Positions 1 through 7,858 of a stretch of 64,000 nucleotides of DNA are shown piece by piece (the first letter of the stretch is position 1; each line of letters begins with the position of its first letter). The notes under the pieces are model-generated. The model was not told the origin of the DNA and did not search any database. It worked only from the letters and a program-made list of their open reading frames with translations. The position numbers and the translations under genes were made by a program. Source of the stretch: Pseudomonadota bacterium (lineage in GTDB: Bacteria > Pseudomonadota > Gammaproteobacteria > Burkholderiales > Burkholderiaceae_C). Location of the stretch: positions 23,967 through 87,966 of the forward strand of contig JAZKEE010000130.1 of NCBI GenBank assembly GCA_040387235.1, written 5' to 3'.

Positions 1-194
1 AAATCTTCGGCGTGATCCGAGCGCTCAAGCAGCGCGGCATGACCATCCTGCTGGTGGAGCAGATGGCCAACCAGGCCCTCAAGGTGGCAGACCGCGCCTA
101 CGTGCTCAAGACCGGGGAGATCGCTTCCTCGGGGCCGGCGCAGGCCCTGCTGCAGGACCCTGCCGTGCGCGAGGCCTACCTGGGAAAGCACTGA
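1..194 (+). CDS. 3' end of branched-chain amino acid ABC transporter ATP-binding subunit (LivF-like), truncated by window edge
   Basis: TILLVEQMANQALKVADRAYVLKTGEI...VREAYLG is the typical LivF C-terminus. Confidence 0.85.
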   Translation, partial: IFGVIRALKQRGMTILLVEQMANQALKVADRAYVLKTGEIASSGPAQALLQDPAVREAYLGKH

Positions 195-201
195 ATCAAG
201 A

Positions 202-696
202 TCAAGGGCCTGTAGCCTGCCACTGGACCCAAGCCAGATGGCTGGCCATGCCCAGCATGGCGAGGGCAACGCCTGCATCGAGCAACCGCCAGGTGCGCGC
301 AGATGCCGTGAAGCGCCGCGCGTGCCCTGCACCTGCCACGATGGCGATGAACCACAGCAGTGATGCAGCCACGGTCCCGCCGGCAAAACCGGGCCGTGCG
401 CCCGGGCCCAGCGATGCGCCCACGGTGCCAGTGATGAGCACCGTATCCATCCAGGCTGCGGGATTGAGCAACGAGACCAGAAGCAAGGGCCGCAGGCCCG
501 ATGGGGCGGGCCCTGTGCCGGGTTTGTCCGCACCGCCTGCTTGACAGGCGCTGCGAGCGGCTTTGAGGCCATGCGCCAGCAGCAACACGATGCCCAACCA
601 CAGGGCTGCCGCCTGAGGATGTCTTTGGGGCCCGGGGCACAGAAAAACGCCGGTGCCAAGAAGGAATCCCTGCAGGAGGGAAGAGAGGTCGGACAT
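202..696 (-). pseudogene. LysE/ArgO-family amino acid exporter, probably internally deleted
   Basis: N-terminal QGFLLG..CPGP and C-terminal SLLNPAAWMDTV / F..G...AS.LWF / WR.LD..VA..M motifs; only 164 aa, short for the family (~200 aa), with the segment after PGP apparently missing. Confidence 0.55.
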
Positions 697-901
697 GGAA
701 CTTGCCGACAACCTCTCAAGCTGCGCCGGTAACGGTGGTGTGCAGCCATCATCGGGGATCAGCGGCCTTGCCGCTGCACCGTTCCTGCGGCAGCGCTGGC
801 ACCCGTCCTACAAGCCTATGCGCCGTGCAGGAGGCGGGAAAACCCTGTGCTGAAAATACGATGGAGCCAGCAACCACAGACCGCCAGGTCGAAAGGCTCC
901 T

Positions 902-1213
902 ATGAAAAGTTGGTACAAATTGTCGCTGGGCAACGATGCCCAGGCCTTCGAGCCCACCCAGCGCATCCAGCAGATGTTCATGTCGCAGTTCCTGATCTCG
1001 CCGGCAGGTTCCAAGCGCGCGCTGTTCTCGTGCTACGACAAGCAGGCCGACAAGCTGTGGCTGTTCTTTTCACCTGCGGCGCAGGATATCGCCCTGCGCG
1101 TGTACGCCGAGCCCTGCGATCCGCCCACTGCGCTCGATTGCATCGGCCTGCTGGCCGGTGAGGGTGATGCCCTGGCCGACCCCGTGCACCTCGAAGCCGA
1201 AGCAACGGCCTGA
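902..1213 (+). CDS. hypothetical protein, 103 aa
   Basis: ATG ORF with protein-like composition (MKSWYKLSLGNDAQAF...) filling the gap between two minus-strand genes. Confidence 0.7.
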   Translation: MKSWYKLSLGNDAQAFEPTQRIQQMFMSQFLISPAGSKRALFSCYDKQADKLWLFFSPAAQDIALRVYAEPCDPPTALDCIGLLAGEGDALADPVHLEAEATA

Positions 1214-1229
1214 AGCGCCCTGGTCCGCA

Positions 1230-3581
1230 TCATTCGGGCGCTGCATTGCCCTGCGGCAGCACCAGCCTGAATTCGGCACCCATTCCTTCGTCGCTTTCCA
1301 CCTCGATGTTGCCGCCATGGCGCTGCACCACCGTGCGCACCAGGGCCAACCCGAGGCCCACGCCGGCAATGCCCGGGTGGCTGCGGTCATGCAGGCGCTG
1401 GAACGGGGCGAAGAGCTTGTCCTGCAGGGCTGGCGCGATGCCGGGGCCCTCGTCACGCACGGCAAGCACCCATTGGCCGGCCCGGGCCGCCAGCGTGCAG
1501 TGCACGGTGCCTCCTTTTGGGCTGTACTTGATGGCGTTGTTCACCACGTTGGCCAGCGCCCGGCACAGCAGCGAGCGGTCGCCGGTGATGGCGGCCACGT
1601 CCGGCGCCTCGGCCACGCGCACCTGTACCTCTGCCTCGCGCGCCAGCGCCCAGGCCTCGTCCACCGTCTGGTGCAGCACGTCAGCCAGGTCAAGCGCCTC
1701 GCGGCGCATGGCCTGTGATTCGGCGCTCGCCAGCTGGATGAAGTTTTCGGCCATGCCCAGCGAGGTCTGCGCGTAGCGCGCGATACGCTGCATCAGTTCC
1801 TCGTCCGACATGCGGTCGGGATAGGCCCGGTGCATTTCCAGCAGGGTCAGGATGGAGGCGTTGGGGGCCCGTATGTCGTGCGAAATGAAATGCATGGCCT
1901 CGTCCCGCTGCTGCAGCGCGCTGCGCATCTCGGTCAGGTCGACCAGGGTCACGAGCCAGCCCGATTGCGCCAGGTCGGTGAACTGCCGGCTCTGCACCAG
2001 CACGCTGCGCCCCTTGGCATCACGTCCCTCCCGGCGGGCCGGCAGGCTGCGGCTCGCCAGGCGCTCCTGCGTCACCAGCGGCTGTTCCGTGGCAATGTCG
2101 ATCAGATCGCCCAGCACGTCGGTGACCTGGCGGCCCTGCAGGGGCCACACCATGGGGTCGCCCTCCACCTCGGCCACGCCCAGCAGGTGGCGCCGCGCGG
2201 CCGTGTTGGCCAGCAGGATGCGGCCCTCGGTGTCGCAGACCATGGTCGGGGAGGGCAGTTGCTGCAGGCTCTCGCTCACGAAGTGGTGCATGTCGCGCAA
2301 CTGGCGCGAGGCGTATTCCACGGCATTGATGCGCCGCTCCAGGAAGTCGCCTGTGCTGGCAGCGGGTCCCCGCAATGGAATCACCAGGCCCTGGCGTTGC
2401 AGGTTCTCCATCTGCAGCCGCAGAAACTGGGCTGCGGCACTCAGGCGCCGCCAGCTCCACAGCGGATAAGCCAGCACCAGGCCGATGAGGGCAGCGGCGG
2501 GCGCGAACTGCATGCCGCTCCAGACCGGCAGCACCACGGCCATGGCCAGGGTCAGCGCGCCCAGTGCAATGCTGGTGAGCAGTGCGGCGAAGGGGCCGAG
2601 CAGCAGCAGCGCCACCAGCGCCAGCACCACCGGCAGCAGGTTGAAGGCCATGTTCAGCGCGGGTGGCGCGCTGTCGATGTGGACGCCCGCCAAGTCGGCA
2701 TCAAGCGCCTGGGCGATCACTTCCACCCCCGGCATCAGGCGCGATTCCTGGCCCACCGGCGTGGCGAACATGTCGCCCAGCCCGGAGGCGATCGAGCCCA
2801 CGAGGACGTACTTGCCGCTGAAGGCATCGGCCGGCACCTTGCCGCGCAGCACGTCGATGTAGGAGTAGGTGGTGAAATGCCCTGGCCCGCCCGCATACGG
2901 GATCAGGCGACGGCCTGCACGCTCCCAGCGGGCGCCATCGGCAGGCGGATCGCTCCAGCGTGCAGGCGGGCAGCCACCGAGCGACGGTGTGGCCACGCAG
3001 CGCATGGCAATGCTGAAGTGCTGCCAGGGCGCGCTGGCCGGCCCTTCGCGCGAGTACAGGCTGCGCACCACGCCGTCCTCGTCCGAGGCCACATGCACAT
3101 GCCCCAGCCGGGCGGCAGCCTGCTCCAGCGCAGCAATGGGCCGGTCCGCACCGTCCCCCGGCTCGGCCGGGCCCTGGCGCTGCATCACCGGCAGCACCAC
3201 GCGGCCGCTTTGGGCCAGGGCATCGGCCAGCAGCAGGTCGTCCTCGGGGTAGTCGAGGTCTTCCTCGTTGAACAGCACGTCCATGCCGATCACCAGAGGC
3301 GCCTGGCGCGCTATGTTCTGGATCAGCTGTGCGTGCAGGGCGCGCCGCCAGGGCCAACGGCCGATCACGCCGATGCTGCGGTCGTCCACCGCGATCACGG
3401 CGATGGCGGGTTGCGCCGGGCGCGACACCAGGCGCAGCCCGGTGTCCTGCACCAGGTGGTTGGTGCGCGGCAGCATGCTGGGCGTGCTCAGCCAGGCGAC
3501 CAGTGCCAGAAGCGTCAGCGCGATGGCAGCCCATTCGATCCGCCGCTGATGGTTGCGCGTGCGGGAGTGCGGCGTGGGCAT
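1230..3581 (-). CDS. CHASE2-3TM-PAS sensor histidine kinase
   Basis: CHASE2 motifs (IAVIAVDDRSI..IGRWPWRR..HA, DxDGVVR, GKYVLVG, MPGVE), 3 TM helices, PAS, H-box FISHDIRAP, N-box NVVNNAIKYS, G-boxes DEGPGI and GVGLGL. Confidence 0.92.
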   Translation of the reverse strand: MPTPHSRTRNHQRRIEWAAIALTLLALVAWLSTPSMLPRTNHLVQDTGLRLVSRPAQPAIAVIAVDDRSIGVIGRWPWRRALHAQLIQNIARQAPLVIGMDVLFNEEDLDYPEDDLLLADALAQSGRVVLPVMQRQGPAEPGDGADRPIAALEQAAARLGHVHVASDEDGVVRSLYSREGPASAPWQHFSIAMRCVATPSLGGCPPARWSDPPADGARWERAGRRLIPYAGGPGHFTTYSYIDVLRGKVPADAFSGKYVLVGSIASGLGDMFATPVGQESRLMPGVEVIAQALDADLAGVHIDSAPPALNMAFNLLPVVLALVALLLLGPFAALLTSIALGALTLAMAVVLPVWSGMQFAPAAALIGLVLAYPLWSWRRLSAAAQFLRLQMENLQRQGLVIPLRGPAASTGDFLERRINAVEYASRQLRDMHHFVSESLQQLPSPTMVCDTEGRILLANTAARRHLLGVAEVEGDPMVWPLQGRQVTDVLGDLIDIATEQPLVTQERLASRSLPARREGRDAKGRSVLVQSRQFTDLAQSGWLVTLVDLTEMRSALQQRDEAMHFISHDIRAPNASILTLLEMHRAYPDRMSDEELMQRIARYAQTSLGMAENFIQLASAESQAMRREALDLADVLHQTVDEAWALAREAEVQVRVAEAPDVAAITGDRSLLCRALANVVNNAIKYSPKGGTVHCTLAARAGQWVLAVRDEGPGIAPALQDKLFAPFQRLHDRSHPGIAGVGLGLALVRTVVQRHGGNIEVESDEGMGAEFRLVLPQGNAAPE

Positions 3582-3594
3582 CGACCGCAAGCGC

Positions 3595-5301
3595 TCAGGG
3601 GCGGCGCACGGGCTCACCGCCCATGGTGGACAGGGGCAGCCCGGAGCTGGTGTTCAGTCCCGTGCCCACGCGGATGCTGCGCGGCGGCGAGAACTCGCTT
3701 TGCAGCCCCGAGGGGTCCAGCACCTGGATGCGCACGAAGTAGGTGCCTGCCGCCAAGCCATCCGCAGAGGTCCAGCGGGGCTCGTCGAGCTGGATGTCCT
3801 GGGTGATGGTCTTGAACTCCAGGTCCGGTGCCAGCTGCACGCGAAAGCGCTGGCCGGCCTGGGCGGGCCAGTGCAGGCGCACGATGCTGTCGCCATCCGT
3901 CGCCTGCATGGCCGACAGGTCCAGCGCCGCGGGCTGCTGGGCCACGGTGAAGGGCTGTGCGGGTGCGAACGGCCCCTGGTCCTGTGCGCCACCCGCGAGT
4001 TCTGCGATCGTGGCGGCGCGCCAGAAGTAGTTGCCCAGGGGCAGCGTGGCCAGCGTCAGCTGGCAGGGATGGAGGCGGCCTTCGTCCAGCAGAGGACTGG
4101 TGAAATCTGCGCTGGCGGCCACCTGGATGCGGTACCAGCGCGCACCCGGGACCTCGGTGCAGCGCAGAGTGCCTGTCACCCGCGGCAGCACGGCGCCGGG
4201 GGCTGGCTGCTGGTACAGCGGCGGCACCGGCCGGGTCTTGATGGTGATGGGGCGTGTGGCCGGCCGCCCGGCAATGCCGGCCTCGTCCACGGCACGCACG
4301 GCCAGGTGGTAGCTGCCGTCGTCGAGTGCGGCCCAGCGCAACTGGCCGTCGGCAAAGCGGCCGCTGCGCAGTACCTGCGTCATGCCCGCATCGCGCGCCA
4401 CCTGGGCCACGTAGGCACTGGCACCGGGCGTGGCCGGCAGGTTGATGGCCAGCAGGCCCAGGTCGTGCAGTTGCGCCGGCACGGTGGACAGGTCGGGCGG
4501 TGCCAGCAGCGGGCGCGGCGCGCCCAGCGTGCCGTCGGGTGCCACGGACAGGCCTTGCCCGCGTGCCAGCAAGGTGGCGTCAGCGCCGGGCTGGGGGGCA
4601 TTCTCGGCACGGGACTGCACGGCCACCGAGCCTTCGAGCACCGATGCCGTCGCCTGGCCCGAAGCCGCCAGCGCCACCCCGAATTCGGTGCCGCGCACGC
4701 TGGTCACGGCGCGCGGCGTGCGGATCTCGAAACGGCGCAGCGCATCGGTGCTGGGCGTCACGCTCGACTCCACGCTGCCGGCGCGCATCTCCATCACCGA
4801 CTGGATGCTGCCCGCCCGCCCCCGGCGGCGCAACTGCCGCAGCTGCAGGTCGGACTGCGGCTGCACGCGCACCAGCGTGCCATCGGCCAGGCGCACGGCG
4901 ACAAAGCTGTCCGGCCCCACCTGCAGGCGCGTACCTTCGTCCAGCCGGGCCCCTTGCGCGACCGGCTGTGCATCGCCCCGCTGGGCCTGCGCCGTGGCGC
5001 TGCCCTGCACGAACTCCACCTGCGCCGAAGCCTGCGGCTGCAGGCGCACGGGGATCCACACGGTGGAGCCCGGCTGCAGGCGCCTGGGGTTGGCCACCTT
5101 GTTGCGCTGCTGCAGCAGCGGCCATTGGCGCGGGTTGTCCAGGTAGGTGTTGGCCAGGCCTTCGAGGGTGTCGCCGGCCCGCACGGTGTGCGGGATCTCG
5201 TCGGTCTGCGGGTCGGGGATGGCCTGCGCATGCGCGCAACCGAGGCCCACGGTGAACACGGCAGCGGCGGACAGGGGCAATGCAAGGCGGTGGATGACCA
5301 C
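3595..5301 (-). CDS. secreted LysM + FecR domain protein with C-terminal Fn3/Ig-like repeats
   Basis: signal peptide (AHA-QA); LysM HTVRAGDTL...NKVANPRRLQPG; FecR FEIRTPRAVTSVRGTEFGV...SVLEGSVAV; Fn3-like motifs Y.LAVRAVD, YFWRAA, YFVRIQ. Confidence 0.88.
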   Translation of the reverse strand: MVIHRLALPLSAAAVFTVGLGCAHAQAIPDPQTDEIPHTVRAGDTLEGLANTYLDNPRQWPLLQQRNKVANPRRLQPGSTVWIPVRLQPQASAQVEFVQGSATAQAQRGDAQPVAQGARLDEGTRLQVGPDSFVAVRLADGTLVRVQPQSDLQLRQLRRRGRAGSIQSVMEMRAGSVESSVTPSTDALRRFEIRTPRAVTSVRGTEFGVALAASGQATASVLEGSVAVQSRAENAPQPGADATLLARGQGLSVAPDGTLGAPRPLLAPPDLSTVPAQLHDLGLLAINLPATPGASAYVAQVARDAGMTQVLRSGRFADGQLRWAALDDGSYHLAVRAVDEAGIAGRPATRPITIKTRPVPPLYQQPAPGAVLPRVTGTLRCTEVPGARWYRIQVAASADFTSPLLDEGRLHPCQLTLATLPLGNYFWRAATIAELAGGAQDQGPFAPAQPFTVAQQPAALDLSAMQATDGDSIVRLHWPAQAGQRFRVQLAPDLEFKTITQDIQLDEPRWTSADGLAAGTYFVRIQVLDPSGLQSEFSPPRSIRVGTGLNTSSGLPLSTMGGEPVRRP

Positions 5302-5434
5302 GTCAACTCTCCTACGGGCCGCAGGGTGCGGCGGTCTCTATTCAATCAAAAATCCGGTCGGTGCGTTCCCGGCCGCCATCCAAAGGCTGCGCGGGGCTCT
5401 GTTGCCCGCGTCACTGGTCACGGTCAATGGGCAC

Positions 5435-5584
5435 GAAACCGGCGCGGCCAAGCCAACGCCCCGGCGCAGGGGCCGCCCCGCCGCAAAGGCGGCGTATCCA
5501 GCCCTTGCGCCGGGCGCGTCCTGCTCCCGCATTGCGCAGCAATGCGAGAGAGGGGGGACGGCGCGAAGCGACCCAGGGAGTGCT
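5435..5584 (-). repeat. structured intergenic repeat (REP/MITE-like), copy 1
   Basis: aligns as reverse complement to 16692-16843; contains nested hairpins; starts right after the response regulator stop codon. Confidence 0.8.
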
Positions 5585-6286
5585 TCATCCCGCCTTCCGA
5601 TCGGGTTCCACAGCTTCGAACCGGTAGCCCACACCATACACGGCGGTGATGAAGTAGCCATTCGCAGGGCGCAGGTCCAATTGGGTGCGCAGGCGCGAGA
5701 CATGGGTGTCGAGCGAGCGGGACAGCACGTCCGAGCCCTGGCCCCAGATCACTTCCTTGAGGTGGTCGCGCGAGAGCAGGCGGCCCATGTTCTGGAACAG
5801 GAACAGGGCCAGATCGTATTCGCGGTTCTTGAGCTCGGCCACCTTGCCATTGATTTCGAGCGAGCGTGCTTCGGGGAAGAATTTGTAGCGCCCGAAATCG
5901 AGTGCACCGCTGGTGCTCTGCGGGTAGGCACGGCGCAGCAACGCCCCCACACGCGCATTGAGCTCGCCGATGCGCACGGGCTTGACCATGAAGTCATCCG
6001 CACCGCTGCCCAGACCCTCGACGATGTCGCGCTCCTCCTGCCGGTTGGTCACGAACAGGATGGGCAACTGCTTGCCCACGTTCTCGCGCACCCAGCGCAC
6101 CACCTCGGGGCCGGTGGTGTCGGGCAGGTGCCAGTCCACGATCAGCAGGTCGAAGGTTTCGCGGCGCATCTCGCGCATCAGCGCGGCACCGGTCAGGTGC
6201 GTATGGCACACATGGCCCATCGCTTCGGTGGCCTGTTTGATCAGATCCAGCTGAAGCGCATCGTCGTCTAATGCCGCTATGCGCAT
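5585..6286 (-). CDS. OmpR/PhoB-family response regulator
   Basis: receiver LDDD...DLLIVDW.LPD..G...GADDFMVKP; winged helix REYDLALFL..SRSLDTHVSRLR..AVYGVGYRF. Confidence 0.95.
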   Translation of the reverse strand: MRIAALDDDALQLDLIKQATEAMGHVCHTHLTGAALMREMRRETFDLLIVDWHLPDTTGPEVVRWVRENVGKQLPILFVTNRQEERDIVEGLGSGADDFMVKPVRIGELNARVGALLRRAYPQSTSGALDFGRYKFFPEARSLEINGKVAELKNREYDLALFLFQNMGRLLSRDHLKEVIWGQGSDVLSRSLDTHVSRLRTQLDLRPANGYFITAVYGVGYRFEAVEPDRKAG

Positions 6287-6383
6287 GGTTGGTCGTTCCC
6301 CTCAAGATGAACCCCGCATTATTCGCGATGTCCGGTGCTTCACTCCATGCCCCATCCTGGGGATCGCCAAGGTTGACAGTTGT

Positions 6384-7460
6384 TCACCGTACCATGGGCG
6401 AAGCCAGGCGGCGCGTGGCTTTGGAGCGCGCGCCAGGCCGGGCGGTGGCAGAGGGCGCGATTTCACGCACCAGCCGCATGCCCACCAGGGTGTAGCGTGT
6501 CTGCGGGCTGTTCCAGTTGCGGTAGCCACAGCGCGCATAGAAGGACCAGGTGTGCCAGGAGCCCCCGCGGCGCACGCGCACGCTGCCATCGGGCGGCCCT
6601 TGCGGATCCACCGCAGGCGAGTCGGCGTAGTAGGTGTCGCCATGCCAGTCGGCCACCCACTCCCAGGCGTTGCCCAGCATGTCCTGCAGGCCCCAGGCAT
6701 TGGGTGCATGGCTGCCCACCGGGGCGGTGAAGGCATGGCCATCGCTGCCTGCCAGCGCATGCTGCTTCCAGCGCGGCCAATAGGGGGCGGCATCCTGGTC
6801 GAAGGTGTTGGCGTTTTTCACCAGTCCCTCGGGGTCATCCCCGTGCGGGTAGCGGGTGCGGGTGCCGGCCCGGCAGGCGTATTCCCATTCGGCCTCGGTC
6901 GGCAGGCGGTAGCGGTGGCCCTCGGTGCGCGTGAGCCACTGGGCCATGGCCTGAGCGTCGTTCCAGGTGACGTTGACCACGGGGTGGTCGTCGCCCTGCG
7001 GGAACCCCGGGTTGCTCCAGGAATAGCGGGGGTCGCGCCCTTCGAAGGCATCGCCGCGCCGGGTGGTGGCGGGGTCGTACTGGGCGTTGTAGCCGTAGCC
7101 GCCGGTGCCATCGGCTTGCGATTCAGGCTGGTAGCCCGATGCCGCAAGGAAGCGCCGGAACTGGCCGACCGTCACTTCGTGCTGGCCCAGGTAGAAGGAC
7201 TTGCGGATGAGCACCCGGTGGTCCGGGGCCTCGTCGGTCAGCTCGGCAAAGCGCTTGGCCTCCAGCTGCGGGTAGGCGCGGGCCAGCACCTCGGGCGCGT
7301 CAATGCCCCCCATCACGAAGCTGCCCGCCGGCACCTCCACGAATGGCATGCCCAGGCTGTTGGTCCATACCGGGTGCTGCCGGTCGTGGTGCACCTGGGC
7401 CAGCACCGGCACGCCGGTGGCGAGCATGAGCAAGGCGGCGACAGTTCGGCAACGGGCCAT
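6384..7460 (-). CDS. secreted FGE-sulfatase (SUMF1/PvdO/EgtB-like, C-type-lectin fold) domain protein
   Basis: signal peptide; NSLGMPFVEVPAGSFVMG, HPVVNVTWNDA, RLPTEAEWEYACRAG, NAWGLQDMLGNAWEW, RGGSW, GMRLVRE. Confidence 0.9.
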   Translation of the reverse strand: MARCRTVAALLMLATGVPVLAQVHHDRQHPVWTNSLGMPFVEVPAGSFVMGGIDAPEVLARAYPQLEAKRFAELTDEAPDHRVLIRKSFYLGQHEVTVGQFRRFLAASGYQPESQADGTGGYGYNAQYDPATTRRGDAFEGRDPRYSWSNPGFPQGDDHPVVNVTWNDAQAMAQWLTRTEGHRYRLPTEAEWEYACRAGTRTRYPHGDDPEGLVKNANTFDQDAAPYWPRWKQHALAGSDGHAFTAPVGSHAPNAWGLQDMLGNAWEWVADWHGDTYYADSPAVDPQGPPDGSVRVRRGGSWHTWSFYARCGYRNWNSPQTRYTLVGMRLVREIAPSATARPGARSKATRRLASPMVR

Positions 7461-7465
7461 CGGGC

Positions 7466-7723
7466 TCAGCGATTGGGGTTTTCGCTCACGCACTCGAAGA
7501 CCAGGCGCGACCCCTCGTTGCGCAGCAGCTTGGGGAACAGCGCCAGCTTCTGGCACTCCCGGGTGGCGGCGCTGTAGGCCGGTGAGGCATCGTTGCCATA
7601 GACAGGCACGCTGAAGGTGCGGTCCCGGCCCGAAGCCATGGGGCCCGAGGGCGGGCGGGTGGTGGCCGAGTCGCAGCCTGCCAGCAGGACGAGCAGGGTG
7701 GCCGTGGCGATCAGTGCTTTCAT
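7466..7723 (-). CDS. small lipoprotein, 85 aa, function unknown
   Basis: MKALIATATLLVLLAGC lipobox; stop 5 nt before the FGE gene start; two further Cys (REC, FEC). Confidence 0.75.
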   Translation of the reverse strand: MKALIATATLLVLLAGCDSATTRPPSGPMASGRDRTFSVPVYGNDASPAYSAATRECQKLALFPKLLRNEGSRLVFECVSENPNR

Positions 7724-7858
7724 GGGATTTTCCCCCAGTGTTTGGAGCCAGTCTAAGGGACTGTGGGACAAAAGCTGCGCCACATTTGTAAGTCCGGGAT
7801 GTCCCGCTGTGCAGCCGCCCAGCCGTGCGATACAGTGTGTTACATCTGATGGGGGTGT

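Noticed and set aside
6384-6560. FGE/C-type-lectin C-terminus as a diversity-generating retroelement target
   Set aside because: No template repeat or reverse transcriptase in the window.
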